A DNA stretch of 64,000 nt, taken from the NCBI RefSeq assembly GCF_003918875.1, contig NW_025765246.1, forward strand, positions 1 to 64,000, read 5' to 3'. This DNA is from Haliotis rubra. Lineage: Eukaryota. Position numbers and translations under genes: made by a program. Below are positions 39,801 to 51,680 of the stretch, piece by piece; position 1 is the first letter of the stretch; each line of letters begins with the position of its first letter. Under the pieces are notes generated by a model. That model searched no databases and had not been told where the DNA came from. It worked only from the letters and a program-made list of their open reading frames with translations.

Positions 39801-41571
39801 TTGAAAAGAAGGAGACAAGTTTCCTTGAATGAATGATGACATTGTCAACAGCATCTAGCTTGAGTGCATCTCCGACTGCAAGCTGCAATGTATGAGCGAA
39901 ACATCGTACATGGGGGTATTCAGCCATCCTAGCTGCTACTGTCATGTTGCTGGCGTTGTCTGTAGTCAAACCGAGACCGTTTGGATTTTGAATTCTGATT
40001 GTATTCCTTTCAGGATTTCGCTTATGTTTTCCCCACTGTGACGCTCTTCTACCGCCTTTCTTTGTGGCAATAACACAAGATTTCAGCTGCCAGTCACTTG
40101 TCAGATAATGACCTGTTACAGTAATGTAGCCATGTGTAGCGCAACTCGTCCACATATCTGTGGTTAGAGCAACTCCCTCCGTGGACTTGAACGTTTCAGT
40201 CAAAACAATTTTAGCATCTTCAAATGTTTTCATCAGATAATTATGCATTGTTTTTCGACAAGGAACTTCATAGTTAGGGTTTAATGCAGCGCAAAAACCT
40301 CGGAAACCTTCGCCCTGTACGATATTCAGCGGCCTCAAATGGCCTTGCTTGTGATGTTTTCATAGCTTTCCTTCGTAAGAACTTTCTTGGCTGTGAATGT
40401 AAGTGTGCTTTGTTTCTTTGTCGCTTTTGACTCTGTTTGAATCAAAGATCTGTGTTTTAGTTCAAGATGCTTGTGCATCGAACTTGTACTACTTCCGCAG
40501 TAGGTTAGCATGGTACCACAGAGTCGGCATTTGGTTTTCTTACCATTTGCATCCAGCTCAAAATGAGTCCAAACACTCGACTTAGCACGTTTGCCGTCCA
40601 TTTTGCGCTAGGTTAGAGTTACCTGCCCTTGCCACTACAGAGTTCTCTCCCCTTCCGGGTACTCGATTCCTAGAAATAGGACTCGAGTCCACCTGTACCC
40701 GACCCGGATTCGAGTACCCGAGTACCCGTCCCAGCCCTACTGTATTCTACATTCATTCTCAGCATTTGTATGTACCGGACTCACATTTGTGTACAGGGGC
40801 TTGTAATGCAAAAAACAAGCATCAAGACTCAAAGAGTCAATGACAGGGTATTATCACTATCCTTGATATAATGCTCACATATCATCATTGACCACATGAG
40901 CCTTGATGCTAGTGTTTAGCGTTACAAGCCCCTATGCATTTGCCGCGATGCCGCGATGCAGGGTCATGTCTTGACTGTATAGGACCGCATCGCGGCTCTC
41001 GGCTAGACTAAACCATGCACCGCAAAGAGCCCATACATTGAGTTCCGAGGATACTTGTTTCAACTCAAAAACAAACAAGCTGCTTACATACATACTAATA
41101 AACAGATGTTTTTCATGGTAATACGAAACTGCATTATCATAGTTTCGATATCGTATGAGACTTGTTTACTCTTCAACACCAAGTGACTGGATGAAAACTT
41201 GACGAAAATATCATTTCCTTTTATAAAATGCGGATATACACCTTATGAACCAGTTTGTTGAACATACAGACATAATATAGCGAAGTTTATCGTCAGATAA
41301 TGCGTATGTCTGCAGCAGACAGGAAATTACATGCAAGTCACGTGCCACACCCAGCGTTCGTGTCATTCGGTCATGTTCAAACACGCCACATACACATGCT
41401 AGCTAGGCCTAATTATCTACCTGCTTTGAAATCAGGAATTACAAAGTTCAGTGAGTCCACTTTTTCAAGATGGCGGAGAATAATAGCTTTTCTTGCTATC
41501 TTGTCAGTGGCGTCTGTCAGCTCTTCGTCGAGTGTCATGCACTGAGCGACAACTTCTGTAAGTCCCGCCAT
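27876..41571 (-). CDS. NHLRC2: NHL repeat-containing protein 2 (thioredoxin-like domain + NHL beta-propeller); 10 exons: 41571-41421, 36602-36006, 35090-34956, 34682-34550, 33854-33759, 31629-31398, 30703-30581, 29907-29725, 29411-29216, 28138-27876
   Basis: Diagnostic peptides [109 protein letters not shown]. All junctions are GT-AG. Three apparent 1-nt deficits (~36438, ~36327, exon 5/6 phase). Confidence 0.95.
28920..29052. repeat. 13-bp minisatellite (gaca[a/c]atgttcct)
   Basis: About 10 units visible. Confidence 0.9.
32067..32830 (-). mobile_element. Non-autonomous Helentron/HINE (DINE-1-like) element
   Basis: Minus strand runs ttattatcccc...cttgttt. Sub-terminal IR (atcccc/ggggat), terminal hairpin tgtcac-taag-gtgaca (32077-32092), internal tandem units with tgaccttga/aaggtca, and a ggac microsatellite remnant. 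Confidence 0.7.
32841..33189 (-). mobile_element. tRNA-derived SINE, family C, full length with TSD
   Basis: A/B-box head (gtggtgtagtggttagagcg...gggttccatccc), (cacct)n tail and flanking direct repeat aatgtagtctga at 32829-32840 and 33190-33201. Confidence 0.9.
34038..34140. mobile_element. Short palindromic MITE
   Basis: cattcctcaaagcaatc..gctacgacagtcgtaa / ttacgactgtcgtagc..gattgctttgaggaatg inverted arms. Confidence 0.65.
35195..35435 (+). mobile_element. Family B copy (others at ~26703-26945-, 28735-28870-, 29975-30190-, 31100-31285-, 34205-34445+, 42158-42260-, 48340-48460+, 53490-53580+, 59670-59810+, 60055-60245+, 62665-62825-)
   Basis: Shared body gatcgatgctcatg..tcactggattgtctggtccagactcgattatttacagaccgccgccatatagc and shared tail. 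Confidence 0.88.
35432..36010. repeat. ~30-35-bp minisatellite in NHLRC2 intron 2 (cacacacctgcacaaccccac...)
   Basis: About 17 variable units abutting the exon-2 donor. Confidence 0.92.
37376..40739 (-). mobile_element. hAT (Ac/ZBED1-like) DNA transposon, complete ends
   Basis: 17-bp TIR tagggctgggacgggta / tacccgtcccagcccta; 8-bp TSD ctgtattc (37368-37375, 40740-40747); sub-terminal tcgagtaccc repeats. Confidence 0.96.
38675..40601 (-). pseudogene. hAT transposase (BED zinc finger, DDE core, hATC dimerisation domain), frameshifted
   Basis: [20 protein letters not shown] (BED); ALTTDMWTS; TTDNASNM; [11 protein letters not shown]; ATALDP; [20 protein letters not shown].....IIFLNKN. Confidence 0.92.
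40795..40933. mobile_element. Palindromic MITE-like element
   Basis: aggggcttgtaa.gc.aaa..agcatcaag.ctca / tgag.cttgatgct..ttt.gc.ttacaagcccct inverted arms. Confidence 0.65.
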
Positions 41572-41611
41572 TTTGAATGGCTTGACTTCCGGATCCCCTG
41601 TAATGACGTCA
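41562..41611 (-). promoter_or_regulatory. NHLRC2 proximal promoter motifs: perfect CRE (TGACGTCA, 41604-41611), ETS-like CCGGAAGT (41585-41592) and YY1-like AAAATGGCGG over the ATG
   Basis: Motifs read directly within ~40 bp upstream of the start codon; a typical housekeeping-promoter combination. Confidence 0.5.
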
Positions 41612-42325
41612 AAAAGTTTAAAGGGTATAATATTCTATTTTTAGACATGGGCAATCCCTTGTGGAGACAATTCCGAGTTAGTGTGTCAGTTGGATTTACG
41701 ACGCTTTGGTCAGCATTTTTTAAAAGTGTGAGGTGACACTGGTTGTGAGCCTTTACTACATTGTTAAAACCCATGTTGAACACACCAAGAACCATACTGG
41801 TTTCAAATGAAATCCACACACGAAGGATCCTGACACAAGTGAGGGACTTAACTCTGAAAAAGCAACATTTAGATTAATAACTTATTGATATATAAGCAGG
41901 GATAATCTACAGCATTCTCCCTGATATAAGTAAGCAATTTTCAAGACTTGAAATAATACTTTGCTAATAAATACCACACAGTGATAGCTTGAACGAGTAT
42001 GGAAATCCCATTGTAAAATCGACAAGTATCGCGCCTTTTGTGTTGACGTAATATCTGAGCTTCTAACCAAAGGATCCCGGCACGTCTACGTCGGCCATAA
42101 GTCTGTGGATTAAATGTTCTAAACATGCAATTAAATCAAACTCACGTGCTGACAGAGAGTGAGTGATTTTAGTTTTACGCCGCACTCAGCAATATTCAAG
42201 CTATATGGCGGCGGTCTGTAAATAATCGAGTCTGGACCAGACAATCCAGTGATCAACAGCACACTAATCACTCTAACACTGTACTTCTATGTATGGATAA
42301 TAGTTTGTTTGTACTTATATGATGA

Positions 42326-42565
42326 GACCCAGGAAGGTCCGGGTTAGAACGAATCTTCAGCAACGCATGCTTGTCGTAAGAGGTGACTAGCGGGATCGGG
42401 TGGTCAGGCTGGCTGACATGGTTGCCACATGTCATCATATCTTAATTGCGTAGATCGATGCTCATGATATCAATCACTGGATTGACTGATCCAGACTCGA
42501 TTATTTACAGACCGCCGTTATATAGCTGGAATATTGCTGAGTGCGGCGTAAAACAATACACAAAC
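42326..42565 (+). mobile_element. Family B copy
   Basis: Starts gacccaggaaggtccgggttaga; same body and tail. Confidence 0.88.
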
Positions 42566-43940
42566 AAACCTAAAGCACACAATATACCGCATGGTTGAAA
42601 TACCTAGAGAGGTCAACGCCCCTATATTGCACGGTGTGGCGCCAATCCCACCAGAAGGGCACGGTTCTACATAGTATACCGCTTCTATATTGTATACCCC
42701 TTTCAATATGTTGCAATACAGCTCTTTTATGGAATGAAAATAGCTGCACGGTATTTTACAATTTAAATGTAGCTCATTTTGAAGAGTCCATAACATGCAA
42801 GACAAAATTCTAACTGGGTAATTAGTTGGAAAGTTTGAGAGAATAAATAGTGATGACATATTTCAGATCATATAAACGTGAAAGTGAAGGATTCTGATCG
42901 ACAGGCTTCTGAAAAAGTGTGCCTCAGCACGAGAGCACAAACGCTTTTATCTTTTAGATATATGTGCAGATAAAGTTTCTCTGTTTTCAATAATTAAATC
43001 CACGACATTACATAATACGTTTGGTATTTTATATCACGTTCAATCAGAAAACCTAAGCCAGAATGTATTTTTAATCACTGATGAAATGGAAAGATTGTAT
43101 AACTTCTCATTGTTACTTTACAGATAATGCTGCAATGGGTGCATGTGTTTTTAACAAATCATCCTTCCACCTTAATCAGTGATATAAGAAAGCTCAACCT
43201 CTCTTTCGTATTCAAGCTTTCGATCTATTTTGGAGATTGAAGTTCAAATTAAAAAAACTTCTCTGAAAAATCATCTGGATTCCTGTATCTTTTGTTTTTT
43301 TAAATTTTGACATTCAGGACTACGATTTGTTCAGTGAGTGAGTTTAGTTTTACGCCGTTTTTAGCAATTTCCAGCAGTATCACGGCGGGGGACAGCAGAA
43401 ATTGGCTTCGCCGTATTCTACCCATGTGGAGAATCGAACCTGTTCCCGCCCCGATATTGTTCAGCGTACTGATGGCACCGTTTCTTTTTGATTATGTTTT
43501 ATTTGTTTCCAAACGAGAAACAACTTCTTACAACACATTTATGATGAGTGAGTTAATATTTAATGCCCAATCAGCAGTTGACCAGCAACGTATCTTCCAG
43601 ACTGTAAAGTAAATTTATATAATTAATTCAAAACAAATCCTTTGTTTTATAGAATATTCATAATGGATTACATTTATTATATATACATTCTACGATCGCT
43701 ACTCTAATGATTAGCTTACCGCAAAACTAGATGAGGGTACATACCTGTAAGAGATGACGCATGAATGTTTATTGATGTGCGGACAAGGGCGGAAAAACGT
43801 TTCTCCTCGCTGAACAAACCGAGTTACGTCCCTTTATCCATACACTCGTTTAAAGGCAGCACGTTTTTTATGTGTTTCACGTAAGCACCGTGATGTACAG
43901 TGGGATCAGACGGTTCGGTTTTGGATAAACAAAAATAAGA

Positions 43941-44208
43941 GTGAGTGAGTGGGTTTAGTTTTACGCCGCACTCAGCAATATTCAAGCTATATGGCGGTGG
44001 TCTGTAAATAATCGAGTCTGGACCAGACAATCCAGTGATCAACAGCATGAGCATCGATCTGCGCGATTGGGAACCGATGACATGTGTCAACCAAGTCAGC
44101 GAGCCTGACCACCCGATCCCGTTAGTCGCCTCTTACGACAAGCAAACTCGCCTTTTATGGCAAGCATGGGTTGCTGAAGACCTATTCTACCCCGGATCTT
44201 CACGGGTC
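43941..44208 (-). mobile_element. SINE-like retroposon family B (non-tRNA structured head), full length with 12-bp TSD
   Basis: TSD acaaaaataaga at 43929-43940 and 44209-44220; 5' end GACCCGTGAAG; (actc)n tail. Confidence 0.9.
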
Positions 44209-45409
44209 ACAAAAATAAGAATATAAGAGTCATATAATGAGCCGTTGGTAGGTCCTGAGTTCGAGTGGGCGGAAATAAAACATAACTTTGTTATATATTA
44301 TCGGGTCGACAGCTAAATTACAGAAGGTTGGCGATGAGAAACGCAGACATAAAAATAATGTTTCCTAACAACAGTTATTTTCCACTCAATGATGCTTCTT
44401 CGATATATACAAGTTACTAACAATATGTTCCGATTAACATGCAGAGTTTCCGGTCCGAAACGGTAAAAATAACTACATTTACGCATCTATAATCCTTTCC
44501 GTTCGTGAGCAGAGAACGTAAGTAAAAGTTAGAGTTCTTCCCCTTAGATGTGTTTCATTCGGAAAATATCGTAATTATCCGGAAAATGATAATGAATATC
44601 AAACATCAAATCGGTATGTTTATCGATCACATTACATGTAGTGTGTTTGAATCTTGTATGTTTATTTTACGATCTGTGTGCTGATGTTTTCAAAATCGTG
44701 GATTGACTCTGCGAAAAAATGATAACCAATTTCATCGAATTCATAGAATCCTACCTTGTCAAACGCCACTCGCACTGCTACGGATAATGTATATATACGG
44801 ATATTCATCTGTAGTCGTATGGGGCAGCTATCCATGTGTTCGTGGGACCAACCACAGTGGTTAACGATCCCGACACTGATTCACATGCACCTCTCTCTCT
44901 CCATCTGGGGAAAATATGTGAAATGTTCTCAAGCTGATGGATCAACACACATAAAAAGTCTCGCCACCCCAAGGAATAATTAACTGGCAAATCTACACGC
45001 AAACAGAACGAGATGTTTCAGAGAATATTCAAACATGATATAGTTTCATCTATACTCGGACCTTATCAGTATTGAGACCTCCGTTAATCCACATTCCATA
45101 CAGCGAGCCCGTGGACTAGTGGATAGAGAATTTGCCAAGAGATTGGAACGTTGATGTCCACGCCTACCCAACCCGTGCTTTCGTCTCCTTCCACTCAGTA
45201 TGTGTCATCCTGCCAACACACGACTACGGAATGTAAGCAAAGCTTTAGACTGGGTATCCGGAAGGGCAAAGTCGATGTTTGCTTGTGATATTTCAGTTGT
45301 AGTGAAGGATTTGTTTGATTGTTTCTTTGTTGTTGAAATCCGCACTTAAATATGCTTTGAGGGCGTTTCTGGAGCATATATGAGTGGTAATGTGGCCTTC
45401 ATGAAACAG

Positions 45410-45758
45410 GTGAGGTGAGGTGAAATTGGGTTTTACGTCGTGCTTGAGAATATTTCGCTCATATGACGACGTGCATGCGTGTGTATGTGCAGCTGATTGT
45501 ACTAGCCCAGACTTAAGCTGGTTTTAAATTGCTAGCCCACTGAGATACCATGCCGCAGTGAAGCATGAATACCCGACTCAGACACATTATACTGACTCCG
45601 AGCCGACCAGTCCTTGTTGTACCAATTAATGCCGAGCGCCAGGCAGGGACCAACAAGTACCATATTTTAACGTCTTTTGGTATGACGCGGTCGGGGATGG
45701 AACCCGCGACCTTCCGCTCTCCGGACGGACGCTCTAACAACTACACCACGGAGGCGGT
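45410..45758 (-). mobile_element. SINE family C copy, abutting a family-B head
   Basis: High identity to 32841-33189; 45760-45820 is a truncated family-B 5' end. Confidence 0.88.
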
Positions 45759-46751
45759 CTCGTCTCTTACGACAAGCATGGGTTGCTAAAGGCCAATTCA
45801 AACCCGGATTTTCACAGGTCGTAGTGAAGTAAGCGCATAGGGTTTCATGTGGAAACTGAGGAAGCAGGGTGCTTGTACGTACCAGGGATAAGCTAGGCCC
45901 CGTCTCGCATATCGCAATATACCGGCTTGCATCTTTGGCGCAAGTTAGCGCGCGCAGAGGGAGACGGGAACCAGCTTAGTATCAGGGACTGCCAATGGGG
46001 GTTATGTGTAATTGATACCTACAAGAAGTACCGAACGTTGGTGGTTCGACTCCCCGAAATATATTGACGGTGTTTGTTGTTTCCTCGCCTGGCAATCAGA
46101 AATGAGGGAATAAAACAAGGATTGTTCGGTTTAGAGTCAATATACTGGGCCCGGGTGGTATCTGAATTGATATTTCCAGTCTCCGCTCACTACAATCACT
46201 ACTATAAAACCTTATTCCTTCTATCTTATCTACATTTAACGGCATTTTATGTATCTATATCTGTTATAACCATACAAAACCTCAATGATGTCATATATGT
46301 CGCCTTTTATGTCATATATAATTTAATTGAGAATTGAAATAGAATTAAAAAAAAGAAATAAAGGTGGCTAGCGCTAAAACACACTAGTACACGCCCACAC
46401 ACACGCATACACGCTCAAGCGCACGCGCACACATCCATATTAGACATCATACAAGAGCATTTTGAGCTCGACGTTCAATTCCATTTCACAACATACCCAG
46501 AATGCATTCACCTCAAGTCCACTTTTTCTACATTTTCCAAATTCTCTTTTAGCACCATCTCTTTATTCTTCAAACAACAGGCGTGGCCCCTGTGCTGAAT
46601 TGTAATGGCCAGTGAAGTATTGTTTTCATACGTAGGTAATTATTCTACCTGGCAAGTATCCTGAGGATCACGACTAATACGAATTGTCTCACAACGATCT
46701 GTAGACAATCTGGTTTGGCACAATTTGTGACTCTGTCTATGTATATTGAAC

Positions 46752-47120
46752 GGTGAGGTGAGGTGAGGTGAGGTGAAATTGGGTTTAACGTCGCGCTTGA
46801 GAATATTTCGCTCATATGACGACGTGCATGCGTGTGTATGTGAATGTGCGGCTGCTTGTACTAGCCAAGACTGAAGCTGGTTTTATAGTGCTAGCCCACT
46901 GAGATACCATGCCGCAGTGAAGCATCAATACCCCACTCAGACACAGTATACTGACTCCGAGCCGACCAGTCCTTGTTGTGCCCATTAATGGCGAGCGCCA
47001 GGCAGGGACCAACAAGTACCATATTTTAATAACGTCTTTTGGTATGACGCGTTCGGGGATCTAACCCGCGACCTTCCGCTCTCTGGGCGGACGCTCTAAC
47101 CACTAAACCACGGAGGCGGT
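46752..47120 (-). mobile_element. SINE family C copy
   Basis: High identity to 32841-33189; (ggtga)n tail. Confidence 0.88.
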
Positions 47121-47121
47121 C

Positions 47122-47533
47122 AAGGCCGTTAAAAAAACAGCTTAATATGTATTTTCTTGTTATGGGAAGGCCGTTAAAGAAACAGCCCAATATGATTGTA
47201 TTTTCGTGTTATGGGAAGGGCGTTAAAGAAACAGCCCAATATGATTGTATTTTCTTGTTATGGGAAGGCCGTTAAAGAAACAGCCCAATATGATTGTATT
47301 TTCTTGTTATGGGAAGGCCGTTAAAGAAACAGCCCATTATATTTGATTGTATTGGTAAGGGCCGTTAAAGAAACAGCCCAATATGTATTTTTTTGTTATG
47401 GGAAGGCCGTTAAAGAAACAGCCCAATATGTATTTTCTTGTTATGGGAAGGCCGTTAAAGAAACAGCCCAATATGTGTAATTTCGTGTTATGGGAAGGCC
47501 GTTAAAGAAACAGCCCAATATGTATTTTCGTGT
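47122..47533. repeat. 45-49-bp minisatellite, ~9 units (aaggccgttaaagaaacagcccaatatgtattttcttgttatggg)
   Basis: Directly visible. Confidence 0.95.
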
Positions 47534-49721
47534 CATTGAGAGGCAGCGCTAAACTAACAACCAAGCATAGATTTTTGTGTTATACTAGGACTGAGTTGAA
47601 GAAACAACCAAACATATATCTTCCACATGACCTGATTTTGTCTAAGAGTGTTTGTGCTGACATTTGGTATAAAGAATTCACGACTGCGGGCAATACAAGA
47701 TTTGGAATGTGACACAATTAAAACGTCACGAAACACGAAGAGTCATCAACCCCAGTACAAGGACATCGTTCCCAAAAGGAAAGTCAGCTATGATCAATGT
47801 GTAGCACGTCCCTCTTAACACCTGCAACTTGACTATTCTGAAACGTTAATTGTGCAGTTATGTCCGTGTAACGTCTGTGTTGAAGCCATGACAGCAAATG
47901 TCCATTAGATTGTATATTGCCAGGACAAAAACTGTGTAAATGCAAAAATGCCCAAGGTTATCGGCAGCTTCATCTGCGTTGATATAATGGGGCAGGAACC
48001 TCGACATTACAGAAATAAAATGTGTCTTTTCTTGTGGAATAATAAAAATGTGTTTTTATATCTTAGTATAATGATCGGTAGATGGCCTGTTATGGCACAA
48101 TTTGTGTCTCCATCTTAGTGTATTAATCTGCAGACGATCTATTATGGCGCCATCTATATCTTCATCTTAGCATTTGAACTGTAATCAGTCTTGTGCGTCA
48201 CAGCCTGGATCCAGTTGAATACACTGAGATAACGACAGAGATTGTAACACAAGAGACTAATCACAGTTCAAAACACAACAGGTTGATCTTAATAATCTTA
48301 CTCATTTTAATAAGTCACAAACCTAGGATGCTACTAATACCTCTTCAAATTGCGGATTATTTGGTCCAGTCTCCATTATTAACAGACAGCCGCCACATAG
48401 CTGGGAAAACTGCTGAAGGTGTTGTTAAACAACAACAACAACAACAACCAACAAACCAAACCTAAAGCCAAACCAAGAACATAGTAAGTTTTACAAGATG
48501 GTATCAAGTGACCTTTTCAGACTATGCCTATGTGGAGTATCGATGTCAAGTTGCGGCATAATACTAGCGTTAGACAATCACGTACGTGTGCCTGGACGAC
48601 GCTATGAAACAGCAATACTCCTGAAGTTGGCGTTTAACACCGTTTCACCCCTCCTGTAGCCGACATAGGGAAGATATTTACTGTTGCTATGGACGCATTC
48701 CAAAATGATGTAACTGCACAAAGATCCATTGTGTTGGTGTAACATCCAGTGTAAATATGTACAATATAAACGTAACTGTATTCAGGGTGTACTTATGGAA
48801 GTGTGTAAGTGCGAGAGAGAGAGGACAAAAGGGTGGTGAAAAGATAAAGGCGAGGCAGTGTATCAGTGATTTTGGCAGAGGGGTGTGGGGAGAACTGAGT
48901 AAAGGGTGGGTTTTCTGGGTGGGTATCAGGGATTTTGGTAGAGGGTGAGGCGAGGAATAGATGTTCGGTTCATAAAAATATGTTTAAACCTGACTTCAGT
49001 ACACGTGTACCTAGTTGACTGAGGCGTAACATTACCGGTAGCTGGTGCGGAATATCTCACCGACCATGGTATGTTGACGGAGGTGCTACGGGGATCCGAC
49101 GAGAGTACATTACCGCGCTGGGTGTCGAGTGGTTGTGTTAATACGCCGTCTACCTCCGTTGTTGATTACAGTTGTGAATGCTACAAGTAGAAGTGTTCAG
49201 CTCAAGGAGCATGTTACATAATGGAGTGACAGGTTGATCGTCGACAGTGTTAGGTAATCTGAACTTCAAGCACTGGAAACCAATATTTCAGCCGGACGGA
49301 AATTGGTCTTCGGTTTAGTGATTGTCGACTATGTTGACAAGCAAATACAAGAGGGTGTTGACTGCAATATATACGAGATCGTGTTTATAACCAGGTGCAC
49401 GTGAATATACAGAGTACTTACGCCGGTCGGAGAAAATATATTTTTACAGAAGAGGCTGATTTTGAGGGTGTTTTGAGGATGTTTGAGGATGAAGCCCATG
49501 ATGTTCAGTGTTGTGGGATGAAGTGTAACGTCACACAGACATATTCTAACTAATGTTATATTGATCTGACGTTGTTCTTCCTCCTGGTGCTATCGAATAG
49601 TGATGACAACTTCTCAGCAGTCGTGGGTCGTGCACGTCAAAGACGTGCGACCACGTCGTCGGACAAAGGTCAACACACCTGTTATTAATACCTACTCAGC
49701 ACAGGTGAGTCTTTCTGATCA

Positions 49722-49890
49722 GGGGCGATGGGGTAGCCTAGTGGTTAAAGCGTTGGCTCGTCACGCCGAAGACCTGGGTTCAATTTCCCACATGGGGACA
49801 GCGTGTGAAGCCTATTTCTGGTGTCCCCTGCCGTACTATTGCTGGAATATTGCTAACAGCGGCGTAAAACCATACTCACTCAGTCAGTGA
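49722..49890 (+). mobile_element. tRNA-derived SINE family A (tRNA-Asp-like GTC loop)
   Basis: gggtagcctagtggttaaagcgtt.gctcgtcacgccgaagacc.gggttc.attcc head; tail gctggaatattgcta..agcggcgtaaaac(actc)n. Confidence 0.88.
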
Positions 49891-50159
49891 GTGAATTGTT
49901 TACACCGCTTTTAACTGTATTACAATTGTATCACAGCGTATCCGATTAACTTAAGAAAAAGCCTGAATTGATGCAGGCTTTAGACGGGTACAGGTTTGTA
50001 AAAACCCATAGGGGCAGACAGGAGCCAACAAACCAATGGTCTATCAATGCGAATCTCGGATACAAACCAACAATCACATGGTCCTATCCTATGTAAGGGA
50101 CGCAACTTTGCATGATGAAAAGCAGCGCCCTAAACGACCTGGCGGATCATGCCAGTCCC

Positions 50160-50420
50160 TAAAGCAACAATTTTCAAACCTAGGTTAGATCATAAGATCC
50201 CGGCACTACAAAGGGGCGCAACTGTACAGTTCATTTCAACTCCACAGGCGACTGAACAACTCCGTCTACCGCTAAATAGACTTATAGCAACATTTTTCGA
50301 ACCTATTTTCGATCATAAGATCCCGGCGCTATAAAGGGACGCAACTGTAAGGGAATTTCAACGCCACAGACGACTGAACCTTTCGTTCTGCCTCTAAATG
50401 GACTGTATGTAGCAACATAA
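50160..50420. repeat. Diverged ~123-bp tandem duplication
   Basis: gatcataagatcccggc.cta.aaaggg.cgcaactgta at ~50189 and ~50311. Confidence 0.75.
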
Positions 50421-50646
50421 TCTGTTCAGTGTTCAAATTACCGAGAGAGAAGCAATGAATATAACTGATTACAACGTGTTGTTTAACGTTTCACAGATTT
50501 GTACGCCCCTCTGTGAATGTTAGGGTATTCTACGTGACCTGTCGTCGTTGTACGTGTGACTGCATAGCAAGCTGAGCCTGTACAGAGGCAGGTTTCTCTT
50601 ATATCGTGTCAGTGTTAGGATATCCTCCATACCTAGAGGTCGTTAG

Positions 50647-50812
50647 TGGGGCTATAGGTAGCCTAGTGGTTAAAGCGTTCGCTCGTCACGCCGAAGGCCC
50701 GGGTTCGAATCCTCACATGGGTACAATGTGTTAAGCCCATTTCTGGTGTCCCCCGCCGTGATATTGCTGGAATATTGCTAAAAACGGCGTAAAACCATAC
50801 TCAGTCAGTCAG
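50647..50812 (+). mobile_element. SINE family A copy (others at ~51842-51982, 52480-52668, 60835-60980; partial copies at 43330-43440- and 59430-59527)
   Basis: Same head and tail as 49722. Confidence 0.88.
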
Positions 50813-51479
50813 TCGAATTCGGGCACAATGTGTGAAGGCATTTCCGGTGTCGCGCACTGTGTTAATGTTGGAACATAACAAAGAGCAGCGTAAAACTCAC
50901 TCCTTCACAGTTTGTCAGCCGCAAAATAGTACCGACGAAAAGGAAAATTAACACGAATCTTCCAGTAACAATTCTTTTTTTCTATAGGTTTTATATTTAA
51001 AGCATTTTACAATTCTTACTGAATTGCATTAAACGTATTTATTTGTCAATGCCAACTCATAATTCCAGTCATTGTCATGAAGTGGAGAAAAAGTAGTTTA
51101 ACAAAATCACGTAATTTTTGTTCGCAGCCTGTATTGCAACTTATAGGAGTAACTGTTTAATACATGTTACGACAAGGGGGTCTGCGCTGTAAGTTGAACA
51201 GCCCGACATTCGCACGTGTTATGCCTCTACTTTTGTTTTTTCTGTTATAAAATCCTGTCAATTTAGAGTCTAAATCAGAATTAAGTGTACCTTTCTATAG
51301 TAGTAGTTAAACGCAACGTACACTAGATACACCATATTTCTATATCATTGCTATAAACAATTGTCATCTTGACAAAACACACACTTGACTGTGGTATTAA
51401 AGGGGTTGGGGGCTGGAGGGCTTAGCTCCTTGGAGCAGGTGTGTGGTAGGGGAGCTCAAGTTGGAGAAGGGGGAGGGTA

Positions 51480-51680
51480 GTGAGTGAGTTTAGTTTTACG
51501 CCGCACTCAGCAATATTCAAGCTATATGGCGGCGGTCTGTAAATAATCGAGTCTGGACCAGACAATCCAGTGATCAACAGCATGAGCATCGATCTGCGCA
51601 ATTGGGAACCGATGACATGTGTCAACAAAGTCAGCGAGCCTGACCACCCGAACCCGTTAGTCGCCTCTTACAACAAGCAA
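51480..51680 (-). mobile_element. Family B copy, 5' truncated
   Basis: Near-identical to the 43941 copy over body and tail. Confidence 0.88.

Noticed and set aside
50498-50591. Candidate internal exon (tttcacag|...cag|gtttct) of the plus-strand gene
   Set aside because: Stop codons in all three frames.
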